A stretch of DNA of 64,000 nt from a virus. Shown in pieces: positions 19,425-26,986 of this stretch. The position numbers and the translations under genes were made by a program. Within the stretch, counting starts at the first letter, position 1. Each line of letters starts with the position of its first letter. The notes under the pieces were generated by a model. That model was not told the DNA's origin and made no database searches. It saw only the letters and a program-made list of their open reading frames with translations. The stretch spans positions 23,425 through 87,424 of the IMG/VR virus record IMGVR_UViG_3300031972_001405; one strand, given 5' to 3'.

Positions 19425-21064
19425 ATGTGAGACATATCACCATATTCACCAACTGATGCATTAGACCAACGATCACCCTGAGCATCGACAAAGCTAGTAT
19501 CTTCTAGACCATCAGACATGAATCCAAATGGTGCCATATCCTGTTCAATCTGATTCTTCTGCTCGTCATATAATCTCTTTCTAATATCTTGATCCGTCAG
19601 TTCTTTGAAGTAGTCTTTTAAAACTAACCAGGCATAGATCACAAGACACATTGCCAGGTCATCATTACACCCCTCTTCTGCTTCAAAGGAATTGTGTTTT
19701 TGGATGAACGTTGTCAACTCTGAGATGATATCATAGTCATTGAAGATTAACTTATCTTCTTCAATCAAAGTCTTTAGATTCAAGCATCCTTCTTTCTTTA
19801 CGGTCTTGGACATCTTGACACCCAGTTGTGTCTTCTTGCCAGAAAATCCCTGACCAACAATTTGTCCTGCTCTACCTCTCATAGAGCACATTAAAATATT
19901 TTGATATTCGAGATCATACTGTAGGATTGATGCTACTTGATCTCCAATATCATTCACCTCACATAAAATATATGCGTTGTTATATCCTCTTACAGTATCG
20001 TAAATGATACTTGGGAATAGCATTGGTTTAATTTCATTATTTCTATATCTTGCTACAACTACATGTGGATATTGTGTGATGTCTATAACAATAAATGCAG
20101 AATAGTCGCACCCAACTCCTCTAGCTACGTCTACTGTACACACATAATCATGATCTGGTTTAGGATCTTCATAAACGTATAGTCCTGCATTCTGTTTGAT
20201 TGGGTCAGTATAGACCATTGTCCTAATCTTACTAGGAGATATCAGTGTATCAACTGATCCTAGGAATTCACATTCAAACTCAACCTTAAATTGTTGTTCT
20301 GAAGTGTTAGCAATAGTTTGCCTCTTCCACTCAGAATCTCTACCAGGAACTTCAGACCAGTGAACCTCGGTTGCAACATAATCATTTTTCTGTCTCTCTG
20401 CATCATGCCAATATCTGTAGAAATGGTTCATGCCGTGAGGCGTTGAAACCATAATTACTTTTGTGCTTTTACCAGAAGAAATAGTAGGATAAACAGATGC
20501 AAAGAATTGGTCTGCAATATGGTTTGGAATAAACGCAAATTCGTCGAGGAAGATGACATTATATGAACCGCCTCGGACAGCAGATGCAGATGTAGAAGCT
20601 GCCAGTATCTTACTGCCATTCTCCAACTCCATGGAACCTTTATTGTAAACCACAATACCTTGCTGCATCCATTGTGGTAACTTTTCATATGCAAATTGCA
20701 ATCTTCCAAGAAGATCTCTAGCAGTTGATGCTTTGTTTGCTAGAATTGCAATGTTTACATTGGCATTAAAGATGGCATAATGTAGTAGATATGATACACA
20801 CGTTGTAGACTTTCCAGTCTGACGTGGCATCTTGCAAATATTGAAACGGTGTTCGTGGAAGTTCCTCACCAATTTTTCCTGAAAAGGATACATCGAAAAA
20901 GGAACCTCACCCTCATCTAGTGAGACGATCTTAATATAATTCTTTGCAAAATATACTGGATCGGATTTACATTTCAAAAACTCTTGAATTTGATCACCAG
21001 TAAATTCAACCTGAACGTTTGCACGTTTTAGATTGGGATTACCGAGATATACTGCATCAGACAT
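19409..21064 (-). CDS. gp17: Terminase large subunit
   Basis: YLGNPNLK, PRQTGKST, LDEFAF, STPHG.NHFY, DDLAM. Confidence 0.98.
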   Translation of the reverse strand: MSDAVYLGNPNLKRANVQVEFTGDQIQEFLKCKSDPVYFAKNYIKIVSLDEGEVPFSMYPFQEKLVRNFHEHRFNICKMPRQTGKSTTCVSYLLHYAIFNANVNIAILANKASTARDLLGRLQFAYEKLPQWMQQGIVVYNKGSMELENGSKILAASTSASAVRGGSYNVIFLDEFAFIPNHIADQFFASVYPTISSGKSTKVIMVSTPHGMNHFYRYWHDAERQKNDYVATEVHWSEVPGRDSEWKRQTIANTSEQQFKVEFECEFLGSVDTLISPSKIRTMVYTDPIKQNAGLYVYEDPKPDHDYVCTVDVARGVGCDYSAFIVIDITQYPHVVVARYRNNEIKPMLFPSIIYDTVRGYNNAYILCEVNDIGDQVASILQYDLEYQNILMCSMRGRAGQIVGQGFSGKKTQLGVKMSKTVKKEGCLNLKTLIEEDKLIFNDYDIISELTTFIQKHNSFEAEEGCNDDLAMCLVIYAWLVLKDYFKELTDQDIRKRLYDEQKNQIEQDMAPFGFMSDGLEDTSFVDAQGDRWSNASVGEYGDMSHMWEYQ

Positions 21065-21186
21065 TAGTCTTCCTTAAAGAAATTTGCAACTGCACTTAGC
21101 GCAGAATGGAAAGCAACATATAGAAAAAATTGGTCGGAAGATTCCTTCCTCATTTTTTTCTTATAAGTCATGGGAGTGCGAGCCAT
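21064..21186 (-). CDS. 40-aa microprotein (not in ORF track)
   Basis: MARTPMTYKKKMRKESSDQFFLYVAFHSALSAVANFFKED; GGAG Shine-Dalgarno; stop overlaps the gp17 ATG. Confidence 0.65.
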   Translation of the reverse strand: MARTPMTYKKKMRKESSDQFFLYVAFHSALSAVANFFKED

Positions 21187-21214
21187 AATAATCTCCAAAA
21201 TTTCAACTATTTAA

Positions 21215-21244
21215 CAATTCTCATAGAATTCTCATAGAATTCTT
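21215..21244. repeat. 11-bp tandem repeat, AATTCTCATAG x2 plus a partial third copy
   Basis: aattctcatag-aattctcatag-aattctta, next to a TAAATA box at 21208-21213. Confidence 0.6.
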
Positions 21245-21521
21245 AGAAAGGAGCGATTCCCCCCGTCATTCCACCAGCAGGACTAGCAGGAGCAGGAATG
21301 ATACCACCAGTGGCACCAGGCATTTCTGGAATCTCTGGCATAAGTCCATCTAGCATACCAGGAAGAGCACCTGCAACTGCTTCTGTTGCTGCCTTAGTTG
21401 CTGCTTCTTTTGCTTGTTCGATAAGTGAATCTTTATTCACATAGACATAGGTTCCAGCACCTACGATAGTTGCAGTTCCTAGAAAGGATAGAACTGCCAG
21501 GACATTAATTAGTTTTTGCAT
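21243..21521 (-). CDS. Membrane-anchored protein with a Pro/Gly-rich tail
   Basis: N-terminal hydrophobic helix; PEIPEMPGATGG tail. Confidence 0.75.
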   Translation of the reverse strand: MQKLINVLAVLSFLGTATIVGAGTYVYVNKDSLIEQAKEAATKAATEAVAGALPGMLDGLMPEIPEMPGATGGIIPAPASPAGGMTGGIAPF

Positions 21522-21522
21522 C

Positions 21523-21612
21523 TTAACCTTTACCTTTTTTTATAGGCCATGTTATATGTAGTCCATAACAAAGTAGAGTTATAAATCCAAATACAAAAAT
21601 TCCACTTAACAT
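21523..21612 (-). CDS. 29-aa single-pass membrane microprotein
   Basis: MLSGIFVFGFITLLCYGLHITWPIKKGKG; tightly packed with its neighbours. Confidence 0.55.
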   Translation of the reverse strand: MLSGIFVFGFITLLCYGLHITWPIKKGKG

Positions 21613-21779
21613 GGTCCAGAATCGCGACTAGGTATTAGTTGGTATGCCATTTTATCTCTCAACTTATTGACACGATCTTCATTGTATTGTTTGAAGTTTC
21701 CACGTTTCTCTACTTTTTTATAGTAGTGTAATGCATTGAGGATGATCGCATAATCATCCATATCTAATTCAAAATTCAT
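21606..21779 (-). CDS. 57-aa hypothetical protein
   Basis: MNFELDMDDYAIILNALHYYKK...; ATGA overlap with the nuclease gene stop. Confidence 0.65.
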   Translation of the reverse strand: MNFELDMDDYAIILNALHYYKKVEKRGNFKQYNEDRVNKLRDKMAYQLIPSRDSGPC

Positions 21780-22237
21780 TCTACTAGTGTTCCATGTGCT
21801 CTACGAATTTCACGAAGTGCTTCAAGGTTCATGTCCTTTGTGCCACCATCATATGCGTGAGCATATCCTTCAGTAATCATTTGTTCGTTGAGGGACACTG
21901 ACTCGTCCCCAATGTATAACCAACCAAGAAGACGCCCATATTTCCCAGTGCCACCAACAAGTTCAGTCCTAACAGACAACTCATCATCACCAGCCAAAGT
22001 GCCTTCGAGTTTCTCTTTGAGCCAGTTGGTTGCGTCGATTCCAAGTGCCTTCTCCTCTAAGTTTCTGGTCCTCTTCTCTGGCGTATCAACGCCTGCAACT
22101 CTAACTCTTTCTTTCTTGTATAAATCAAACCCGAGGTCAATAGTGACATCGATAGTATCGCCATCAAGAACACGATTGATCTCCGTTACTCGGAAGTTGT
22201 AGCAGCTCTTCCTGCTTGGTGGTGTCAGTCCTGCCAT
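21776..22237 (-). CDS. Thermonuclease (SNase-like)
   Basis: RVLDGDTIDV, RVRVAGVDTPE, GKYGRLLG. Confidence 0.9.
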   Translation of the reverse strand: MAGLTPPSRKSCYNFRVTEINRVLDGDTIDVTIDLGFDLYKKERVRVAGVDTPEKRTRNLEEKALGIDATNWLKEKLEGTLAGDDELSVRTELVGGTGKYGRLLGWLYIGDESVSLNEQMITEGYAHAYDGGTKDMNLEALREIRRAHGTLVE

Positions 22238-22373
22238 CTTCTAATTCTGCGAATGCCATTCTTAGTATGTATATGACTACAAACAAAGCACCTGCAACTG
22301 CAAGTATCACACATATAATCACTGACCATACAGGATCATCTAGATTTGTACTGGGACGTAATATAAGATTCAT
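22164..22373 (-). CDS. Single-pass membrane protein
   Basis: DPVWSVIICVILAVAGALFVVIYILR helix. Confidence 0.65.
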   Translation of the reverse strand: MNLILRPSTNLDDPVWSVIICVILAVAGALFVVIYILRMAFAELEDGRTDTTKQEELLQLPSNGDQSCS

Positions 22374-22567
22374 AATTTATTAAATCGATAGTCTAAAATT
22401 ATTCTGTATAAAGAATCTCTTAGATGCCAAAGATGCTCTTGCTCCTCGTATGGACGTGCTGGTGCTCCAGGCCAAAATTTTATAGTCTCTTGAACTGAAT
22501 GATGCAATAGTCTAATGTCTTCTATTCTCAGACTAATCTCATAATCTGGAAGATTTGGGTCGTTCAT
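22370..22567 (-). CDS. Hypothetical protein
   Basis: Start at the ATG at 22567 overlapping the upstream stop; WPGAPARPYEEQEHL. Confidence 0.7.
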   Translation of the reverse strand: MNDPNLPDYEISLRIEDIRLLHHSVQETIKFWPGAPARPYEEQEHLWHLRDSLYRIILDYRFNKL

Positions 22568-22737
22568 GGGTTGTTTGGATTTAAACCTAATCTGATTAGA
22601 TACTCTTGCCACCAATCTTGATCTTTCACATATCTCCAATTGGGAACTTCTTGCCCACGCTCTATAACATAATATTCATAAAGAGCATCATCTATAGTCT
22701 GTGCGATCTGTAAATTCTTCTTCCTCCTCGTCAACAT
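22564..22737 (-). CDS. Hypothetical protein (start uncertain)
   Basis: IDDALYEYY...VPNWR...WWQEYL..LG; fills the gap in an operon-like array. Confidence 0.5.
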   Translation of the reverse strand: MLTRRKKNLQIAQTIDDALYEYYVIERGQEVPNWRYVKDQDWWQEYLIRLGLNPNNP

Positions 22738-22897
22738 CTTCATACGGATTGTCCACGTATGGTCCTCGTTTTCGTAGAGGTTCTTTTCCGACATAAGAGT
22801 TTTCTGTATTAACTGCAGATACCCACACCACAAGTTTCATTACTATGAAAATAATAACCAGTGGTGTAAAGCAACCGATTAAAATTACAGGATTCAT
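22688..22897 (-). CDS. Single-pass membrane protein with an acidic tail
   Basis: N-terminal TM helix; C-terminal DVDEEEEEFTDRTDYR. Confidence 0.7.
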   Translation of the reverse strand: MNPVILIGCFTPLVIIFIVMKLVVWVSAVNTENSYVGKEPLRKRGPYVDNPYEDVDEEEEEFTDRTDYR

Positions 22898-22899
22898 TC

Positions 22900-23052
22900 C
22901 TATTTCCCCTCAAACGGTTCCCAGTGCTCCCAACCATATTTATGAACTGCCCACATACCAAGAATGGGGACGAAGACTAGGCACCATGCCAAGACTCCAA
23001 CTCCCCAAGGGTTGTTTAATACTGTTCCGCAAAATCTAGCAAATTGTAACAT
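22900..23052 (-). CDS. 50-aa membrane microprotein
   Basis: TM helix followed by Trp/His-rich MWAVHKYGWEHWEPF. Confidence 0.7.
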   Translation of the reverse strand: MLQFARFCGTVLNNPWGVGVLAWCLVFVPILGMWAVHKYGWEHWEPFEGK

Positions 23053-23147
23053 CATTCTTGAAAAACCGATAGGATGAATAGAAATAATCCAAGGAAGCAA
23101 ACCAATCCTATTAAAACAAATGGAATATAATCAGGTAGGGTATGCAT
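23052..23147 (-). CDS. 31-aa single-pass membrane microprotein
   Basis: MHTLPDYIPFVLIGLVCFLGLFLFILSVFQE; stop overlaps the next start. Confidence 0.55.
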   Translation of the reverse strand: MHTLPDYIPFVLIGLVCFLGLFLFILSVFQE

Positions 23148-23223
23148 GACTCAACCCCCAGACAACAAAAATCGCAATTGAAGATAATATAATTGTTGCT
23201 GAAAGACTAGTTTCTGGTTTCAT
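23131..23223 (-). CDS. ndhQ: NdhQ-like NDH-1 small subunit homolog (30 aa, not in ORF track)
   Basis: MKPETSLSATIILSSIAIFVVWGLSHAYPT aligns without gaps to the NdhQ TM/C-terminus as recalled (ISAVLILGFIAGLIWWALHTAYA). It lacks the NdhQ N-terminal part. Confidence 0.55.
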   Translation of the reverse strand: MKPETSLSATIILSSIAIFVVWGLSHAYPT

Positions 23224-23225
23224 TT

Positions 23226-23381
23226 TTATAGATTTGGCCAGGGATCCGAATTGTGGAGACATGACCTAGGATGTGTCCACTCTCTATTTAATTCTTGTAG
23301 TTCCATTTTTAACTTTAAATTTTCGAGTTTCAACATAATGTTTTCTTTCTCTAACTTTTTAAGTTTCTTCCTGAAATTCAT
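23226..23381 (-). CDS. 51-aa coiled-coil microprotein
   Basis: MNFRKKLKKLEKENIMLKLENLKLKMELQELNREWTHPRSC. Confidence 0.55.
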   Translation of the reverse strand: MNFRKKLKKLEKENIMLKLENLKLKMELQELNREWTHPRSCLHNSDPWPNL

Positions 23382-23592
23382 TTCTTGTTTTCCATAGTTC
23401 TAAAAAGTACCTATCAACCAGGTACAAATCACCAACTGGTGGTTGATCTTCAATCTGAGACCACTCTCTACATACATCTCTCATTTCTAAAGAGATGTGA
23501 TCTGGACGAAACATTCTACCAAAAGAAGACATGGCAAACGCAAATCGCATTCTAATGCGCTGTTCCATTTCCTCTGTAGGCGTCGGTTTCAT
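23359..23592 (-). CDS. Hypothetical protein
   Basis: Start likely at 23592 (or 23568), not 23670, because the upstream part overlaps ndhP; RMRFAFAMSSFGRMF. Confidence 0.65.
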   Translation of the reverse strand: MKPTPTEEMEQRIRMRFAFAMSSFGRMFRPDHISLEMRDVCREWSQIEDQPPVGDLYLVDRYFLELWKTRNEFQEET

Positions 23593-23683
23593 AATAGTTA
23601 TTTTCACCTCTTCTGTGCCCGAAATATGCGGTGGCACATATAAAGGGTAGTGATCCGTAAAGTAGGACATGTGCTAAAGTCAT
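23552..23683 (-). CDS. ndhP: NdhP, NDH-1L complex small subunit homolog (43 aa, not in ORF track)
   Basis: MTLAHVLLYGSLPFICATAYFGHRRGENNYYETDAYRGNGTAH: one TM helix, then the NdhP C-terminal signature FG...YYxTDxYxGNG[ST]AH. ATGA overlap with the upstream gene. Confidence 0.85.
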   Translation of the reverse strand: MTLAHVLLYGSLPFICATAYFGHRRGENNYYETDAYRGNGTAH

Positions 23684-23913
23684 ACGCCTGGTTTAGGTTG
23701 TGGAAATATATTAGCAGGTCCCGTAGGTTCTGCAAGTTTTATTTCGATAACGCGACAAAGACGATTAACTTGCTTCTTGTCACATCCACATGGAGCATTT
23801 TGTAAGCACCTGAGCATTAGTAAGTCATCACTAATAGGAGGTTTGATTGTAAACCCCCATTTGTCAACCTTACCTTCTGTAGGTGCTTCGACGTAATCAA
23901 ATTCACTTGTCAT
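23680..23913 (-). CDS. Hypothetical protein
   Basis: 77-aa ORF coupled to the gnd-like and ndhP genes. Confidence 0.65.
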   Translation of the reverse strand: MTSEFDYVEAPTEGKVDKWGFTIKPPISDDLLMLRCLQNAPCGCDKKQVNRLCRVIEIKLAEPTGPANIFPQPKPGV

Positions 23914-24383
23914 TAGATAACATTACCTGGAGATAAGGATTGGAAAATTTTAGAACAAGCATTGATAGCATGACTTGCTCCGTATGTATTAGAGAAAATA
24001 TATGAGATTCCCAACTTAGAGCAATACTTTTCAAGCTCCTGACATTTTGATATGTCCCTATTGCTATGATCAATAATGATATCACCCTCCTCAAGTAAGG
24101 GTAGCAACTCATCAAGTATGTCTTCTACTTTTACTTCTGGGAGTGTAATCTGAAAAATACCAGGAATTCTACCAGCACTAGTGTATTGCTTACTATCAGA
24201 TTTAACTGCTTGAACAAGATACTCCAGTGAAGTTACACACCCACTAAGATGTCCTGCTTCATATTGTCCACAGGCATTCTCGTAGTTGGTACTACTGTAA
24301 CCCCAAACTTCAATTCCTTTTTCAATCATACGGCGGGACATACCTTCACCAGTACGACCTAGACCAATCATTCCAACTTTCAT
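23913..24383 (-). CDS. 6-phosphogluconate dehydrogenase NAD(P)-binding domain only (truncated gnd-like)
   Basis: MKVGMIGLGRTG, GIEVWGY, LLEEGDIIIDH. Ends before the catalytic GHFVKMVHNGIEY region. Confidence 0.8.
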   Translation of the reverse strand: MKVGMIGLGRTGEGMSRRMIEKGIEVWGYSSTNYENACGQYEAGHLSGCVTSLEYLVQAVKSDSKQYTSAGRIPGIFQITLPEVKVEDILDELLPLLEEGDIIIDHSNRDISKCQELEKYCSKLGISYIFSNTYGASHAINACSKIFQSLSPGNVI

Positions 24384-24568
24384 TTTAATCTCTCTATAAT
24401 TCTGAGCATTCCATCAGCATAACCGATCAATGCTATTGATCCCAATATGATGCTAATCAATGTTGCTCTGCGATTGTGTTTGTCCATCGCATCATCAATC
24501 ATTTTTTGAACATCTTTTCTTACTAACCTCTCAGGAGGTTCAATGTCTTTCCCCCATTTTTCAAACAT
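24380..24568 (-). CDS. Membrane microprotein
   Basis: MIDDAMDKHNR followed by a TM helix. Confidence 0.7.
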   Translation of the reverse strand: MFEKWGKDIEPPERLVRKDVQKMIDDAMDKHNRRATLISIILGSIALIGYADGMLRIIERLK

Positions 24569-24572
24569 GTTA

Positions 24573-24869
24573 TTATGACCCCATCATATCATTAAGGTCA
24601 GTCATAGTCTTCTTTTTAGATTCAAATACACCATCAATATATCCTGATCTATACTCCCATGTTTGTCCACCATCAAGTCCTTTCGATGGATTGATACATT
24701 GATCATCGCCTAGTTTATTGCAAACAAGACCAGCAAGATCTAATTCACTTCTGTCATATGATGCAGCTGTGCCACTAAAGACATGCTTGCCGTTAATCCA
24801 AATAGCACCACATTTAGGACATTCTTTTCTCTCAAGTTTGAGATCAGACAGTTCCTTATCGTTGGTCAT
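24573..24869 (-). CDS. Cys-containing hypothetical protein
   Basis: CPKCGAIWING...DLAGLVC...CINP. Confidence 0.75.
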   Translation of the reverse strand: MTNDKELSDLKLERKECPKCGAIWINGKHVFSGTAASYDRSELDLAGLVCNKLGDDQCINPSKGLDGGQTWEYRSGYIDGVFESKKKTMTDLNDMMGS

Positions 24870-25089
24870 TTTTCAATTCCTTTATGAGTTTGTTGTAATC
24901 TGGTAAATCCTTGATGAGTTGTTGTTCTAATTTACGACGCATCAAATACATCCTAAATCGAATCCAGGCATAACGCAACTGTAGATCGACGTAGGCGAAC
25001 AGTCTCCATGTATCTTCTATTCCCGCGTAAGATACGAGTAGAATAAAACAAACTAATAGTAGATAAAATCCTAGCATAAGTATCAACAT
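24856..25089 (-). CDS. Membrane-anchored hypothetical protein
   Basis: N-terminal TM helix; CTAAATA late box at 25105-25111. Confidence 0.7.
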   Translation of the reverse strand: MLILMLGFYLLLVCFILLVSYAGIEDTWRLFAYVDLQLRYAWIRFRMYLMRRKLEQQLIKDLPDYNKLIKELKNDQR

Positions 25090-25140
25090 GATACTGTCTA
25101 GGATTATTTAGATGCCTCTAGCACCATTATTTTTAAATTG

Positions 25141-26682
25141 TCAGCAATTCCAAGCTCTAAGAGACTTATTGATTCTGCTATCGGGATCTCTAGCAGTCTT
25201 GGCAGAAGTTAGTTTTGCCTTCATACCTTTCATTCTTGCACAGAATGATGCTCTTCTCTTATTACCTTTCTTCTTAGAAGGTGCTTTCAGATCAGAACCA
25301 GGGTTATCTCTTTCATAAGACTTGCGTCCTTTTTCATTGAGACCACCTTCTTTATTCTTACCTGCACTACGAGTCCAAGCAGCTGCTTCCTGTTGCTGAA
25401 CCTGGGAATTATCACCCGTCTTCATAGAAGTGGAGAGACGCTTCTTTGCTTGCTGAGTCTTCTTCAGATTCAACATAATCTGTTGTTTTTGAAGTTGAAT
25501 ATCTTTAGGTTCCATACTCTCACCAACATTCATCATAAATGTTGGTTTTGTGGGATCCTTCATGGAAGGATAATACGTTTGCAGAAGTCCTCCAGGATAA
25601 ACTTTCTGAACTGCATCTTGAACTTCACTTCTTTTTGGAAGCTTCATTTGTGGGAAGAATACTTGCATCATAAGTGGCTTCCCACGGAAGTTCAAATATA
25701 CTACTATGGTTTGTCCATTCTGTGTGGGAATCCGAGTAGCAGCCTCATTGATAGATGAATTGTCCTGGTGTTCCAGATCCTGTCCATGATCGTTCTCCTT
25801 GACACAACGATTGTAGGTCTTACCGAAGAGTTTCTGCGTGCCTGCTTTCTTGTACCCTTTCCAACATTTTTTACCTGCTTCGTCAAGTTCAATCACACCA
25901 ATACTTTCCATAGCACGAATCTGTGCTGGACTGAAACCCTCTTTCTTAGTACTGTTGCCCCAATTCTTTGCACCCTTCTTACGGCACTTTACAAGGGCAC
26001 CTGAGGCGTATGCAGAAGGCCATACAGAATAGCGAGACTTGACCTTATGGTAGCAAGCATCCTTCTCTCCCTTACCTTCCAATTGCACTTCTTCTTTCTT
26101 TATACCAGCAACACGATCAATTGCGTTACCAAGTGCTCTGCCAATCTTGTCGCGCTTACGCTCTTTGGGTTTGATATTAGCACCCATCTTATTCAATCTA
26201 CTAGCAGCAGTGCCAGACTTTTGCTTTGATGCCTTCTGACGTTTGGAGTAGTCCATGTAGGACTCACCTGGTTTCAGTTTCTTAGGATCTGTCTTAGGTT
26301 TTGCTGCATCAGCACGATCTTCACGAGCACGAGCATTAGCACCAGGTCCACCCAGTTTCTTATCCTTCTCAGGATCGGGATGCCAGGTATCAGCACGTTC
26401 GATAACAGTTTCTTCAGTCTTCACGTTGATTGCCTTCCCTGAACGATTTGGATTTGGGTCTTTTGTATTCTTACGACGGAATGCTGACTCCTCCTCATCT
26501 TTGGAGAGAGCACGTTTCATTTTACTGGAACCACACTTAGGTTTGGTAGTTTGTCCTGGTTGCTTGGCACATGGCTTACCAGAATACTTTCCACCCAGTT
26601 GAACCCAACCAGGCTTGCCGTCAGATGACTTGCTTTTACCAAACCAGTCGCGTAGTGATGAGTCTCCAGACTTAGATGCCAT
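25141..26682 (-). CDS. Modular basic protein (DUF5872- and DUF6321-like modules); candidate internal head polyprotein
   Basis: Modules LRDWF..., KDACYHKVK...WPSAYASGALVKC, KCWKGY...NRCV, and AWTR..GKN..GGLN...SFCARM...WNC. ATAAATA late box at 26706-26712. Confidence 0.75.
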   Translation of the reverse strand: MASKSGDSSLRDWFGKSKSSDGKPGWVQLGGKYSGKPCAKQPGQTTKPKCGSSKMKRALSKDEEESAFRRKNTKDPNPNRSGKAINVKTEETVIERADTWHPDPEKDKKLGGPGANARAREDRADAAKPKTDPKKLKPGESYMDYSKRQKASKQKSGTAASRLNKMGANIKPKERKRDKIGRALGNAIDRVAGIKKEEVQLEGKGEKDACYHKVKSRYSVWPSAYASGALVKCRKKGAKNWGNSTKKEGFSPAQIRAMESIGVIELDEAGKKCWKGYKKAGTQKLFGKTYNRCVKENDHGQDLEHQDNSSINEAATRIPTQNGQTIVVYLNFRGKPLMMQVFFPQMKLPKRSEVQDAVQKVYPGGLLQTYYPSMKDPTKPTFMMNVGESMEPKDIQLQKQQIMLNLKKTQQAKKRLSTSMKTGDNSQVQQQEAAAWTRSAGKNKEGGLNEKGRKSYERDNPGSDLKAPSKKKGNKRRASFCARMKGMKAKLTSAKTARDPDSRINKSLRAWNC

Positions 26683-26704
26683 ATCTAAAGTGTTATTCGT
26701 TTAG

Positions 26705-26986
26705 TTATTTATCTTTTTTCTCTTCGTTAACTGTGGGTTCTTCTTTCTTTTTAGACGCAACGACACCGAACGTCGCGAGCGTTCCAGTAAAAACGCTGGC
26801 GATAAAAGTTGGATCAATGTTTTTCTGGGGAATTCCAGGAACAGTTACATAATTAAGGGTGAGAATTGCTGCTGACCATCCAAGAATAATAACTCGGACG
26901 AGAGTTGATACACCCTCATCCGCCCACTCAAATTTGTTTGAGTTTGGTTTTTCAGGTTTCGCTACCTTTACCACCTTTTCTTCCAT
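26705..26986 (-). CDS. Two-TM membrane protein
   Basis: VRVIILGWSAAILTLNY and IDPTFIASVFTGTLATFGV; ATG at 26986 has a GGAG Shine-Dalgarno. Confidence 0.75.
   Translation of the reverse strand: MEEKVVKVAKPEKPNSNKFEWADEGVSTLVRVIILGWSAAILTLNYVTVPGIPQKNIDPTFIASVFTGTLATFGVVASKKKEEPTVNEEKKDK

Noticed and set aside
23593-23670. N-terminal extension of the 103-aa ORF in the track
   Set aside because: It overlaps the NdhP-like ORF in another frame; the downstream ATG is more plausible.
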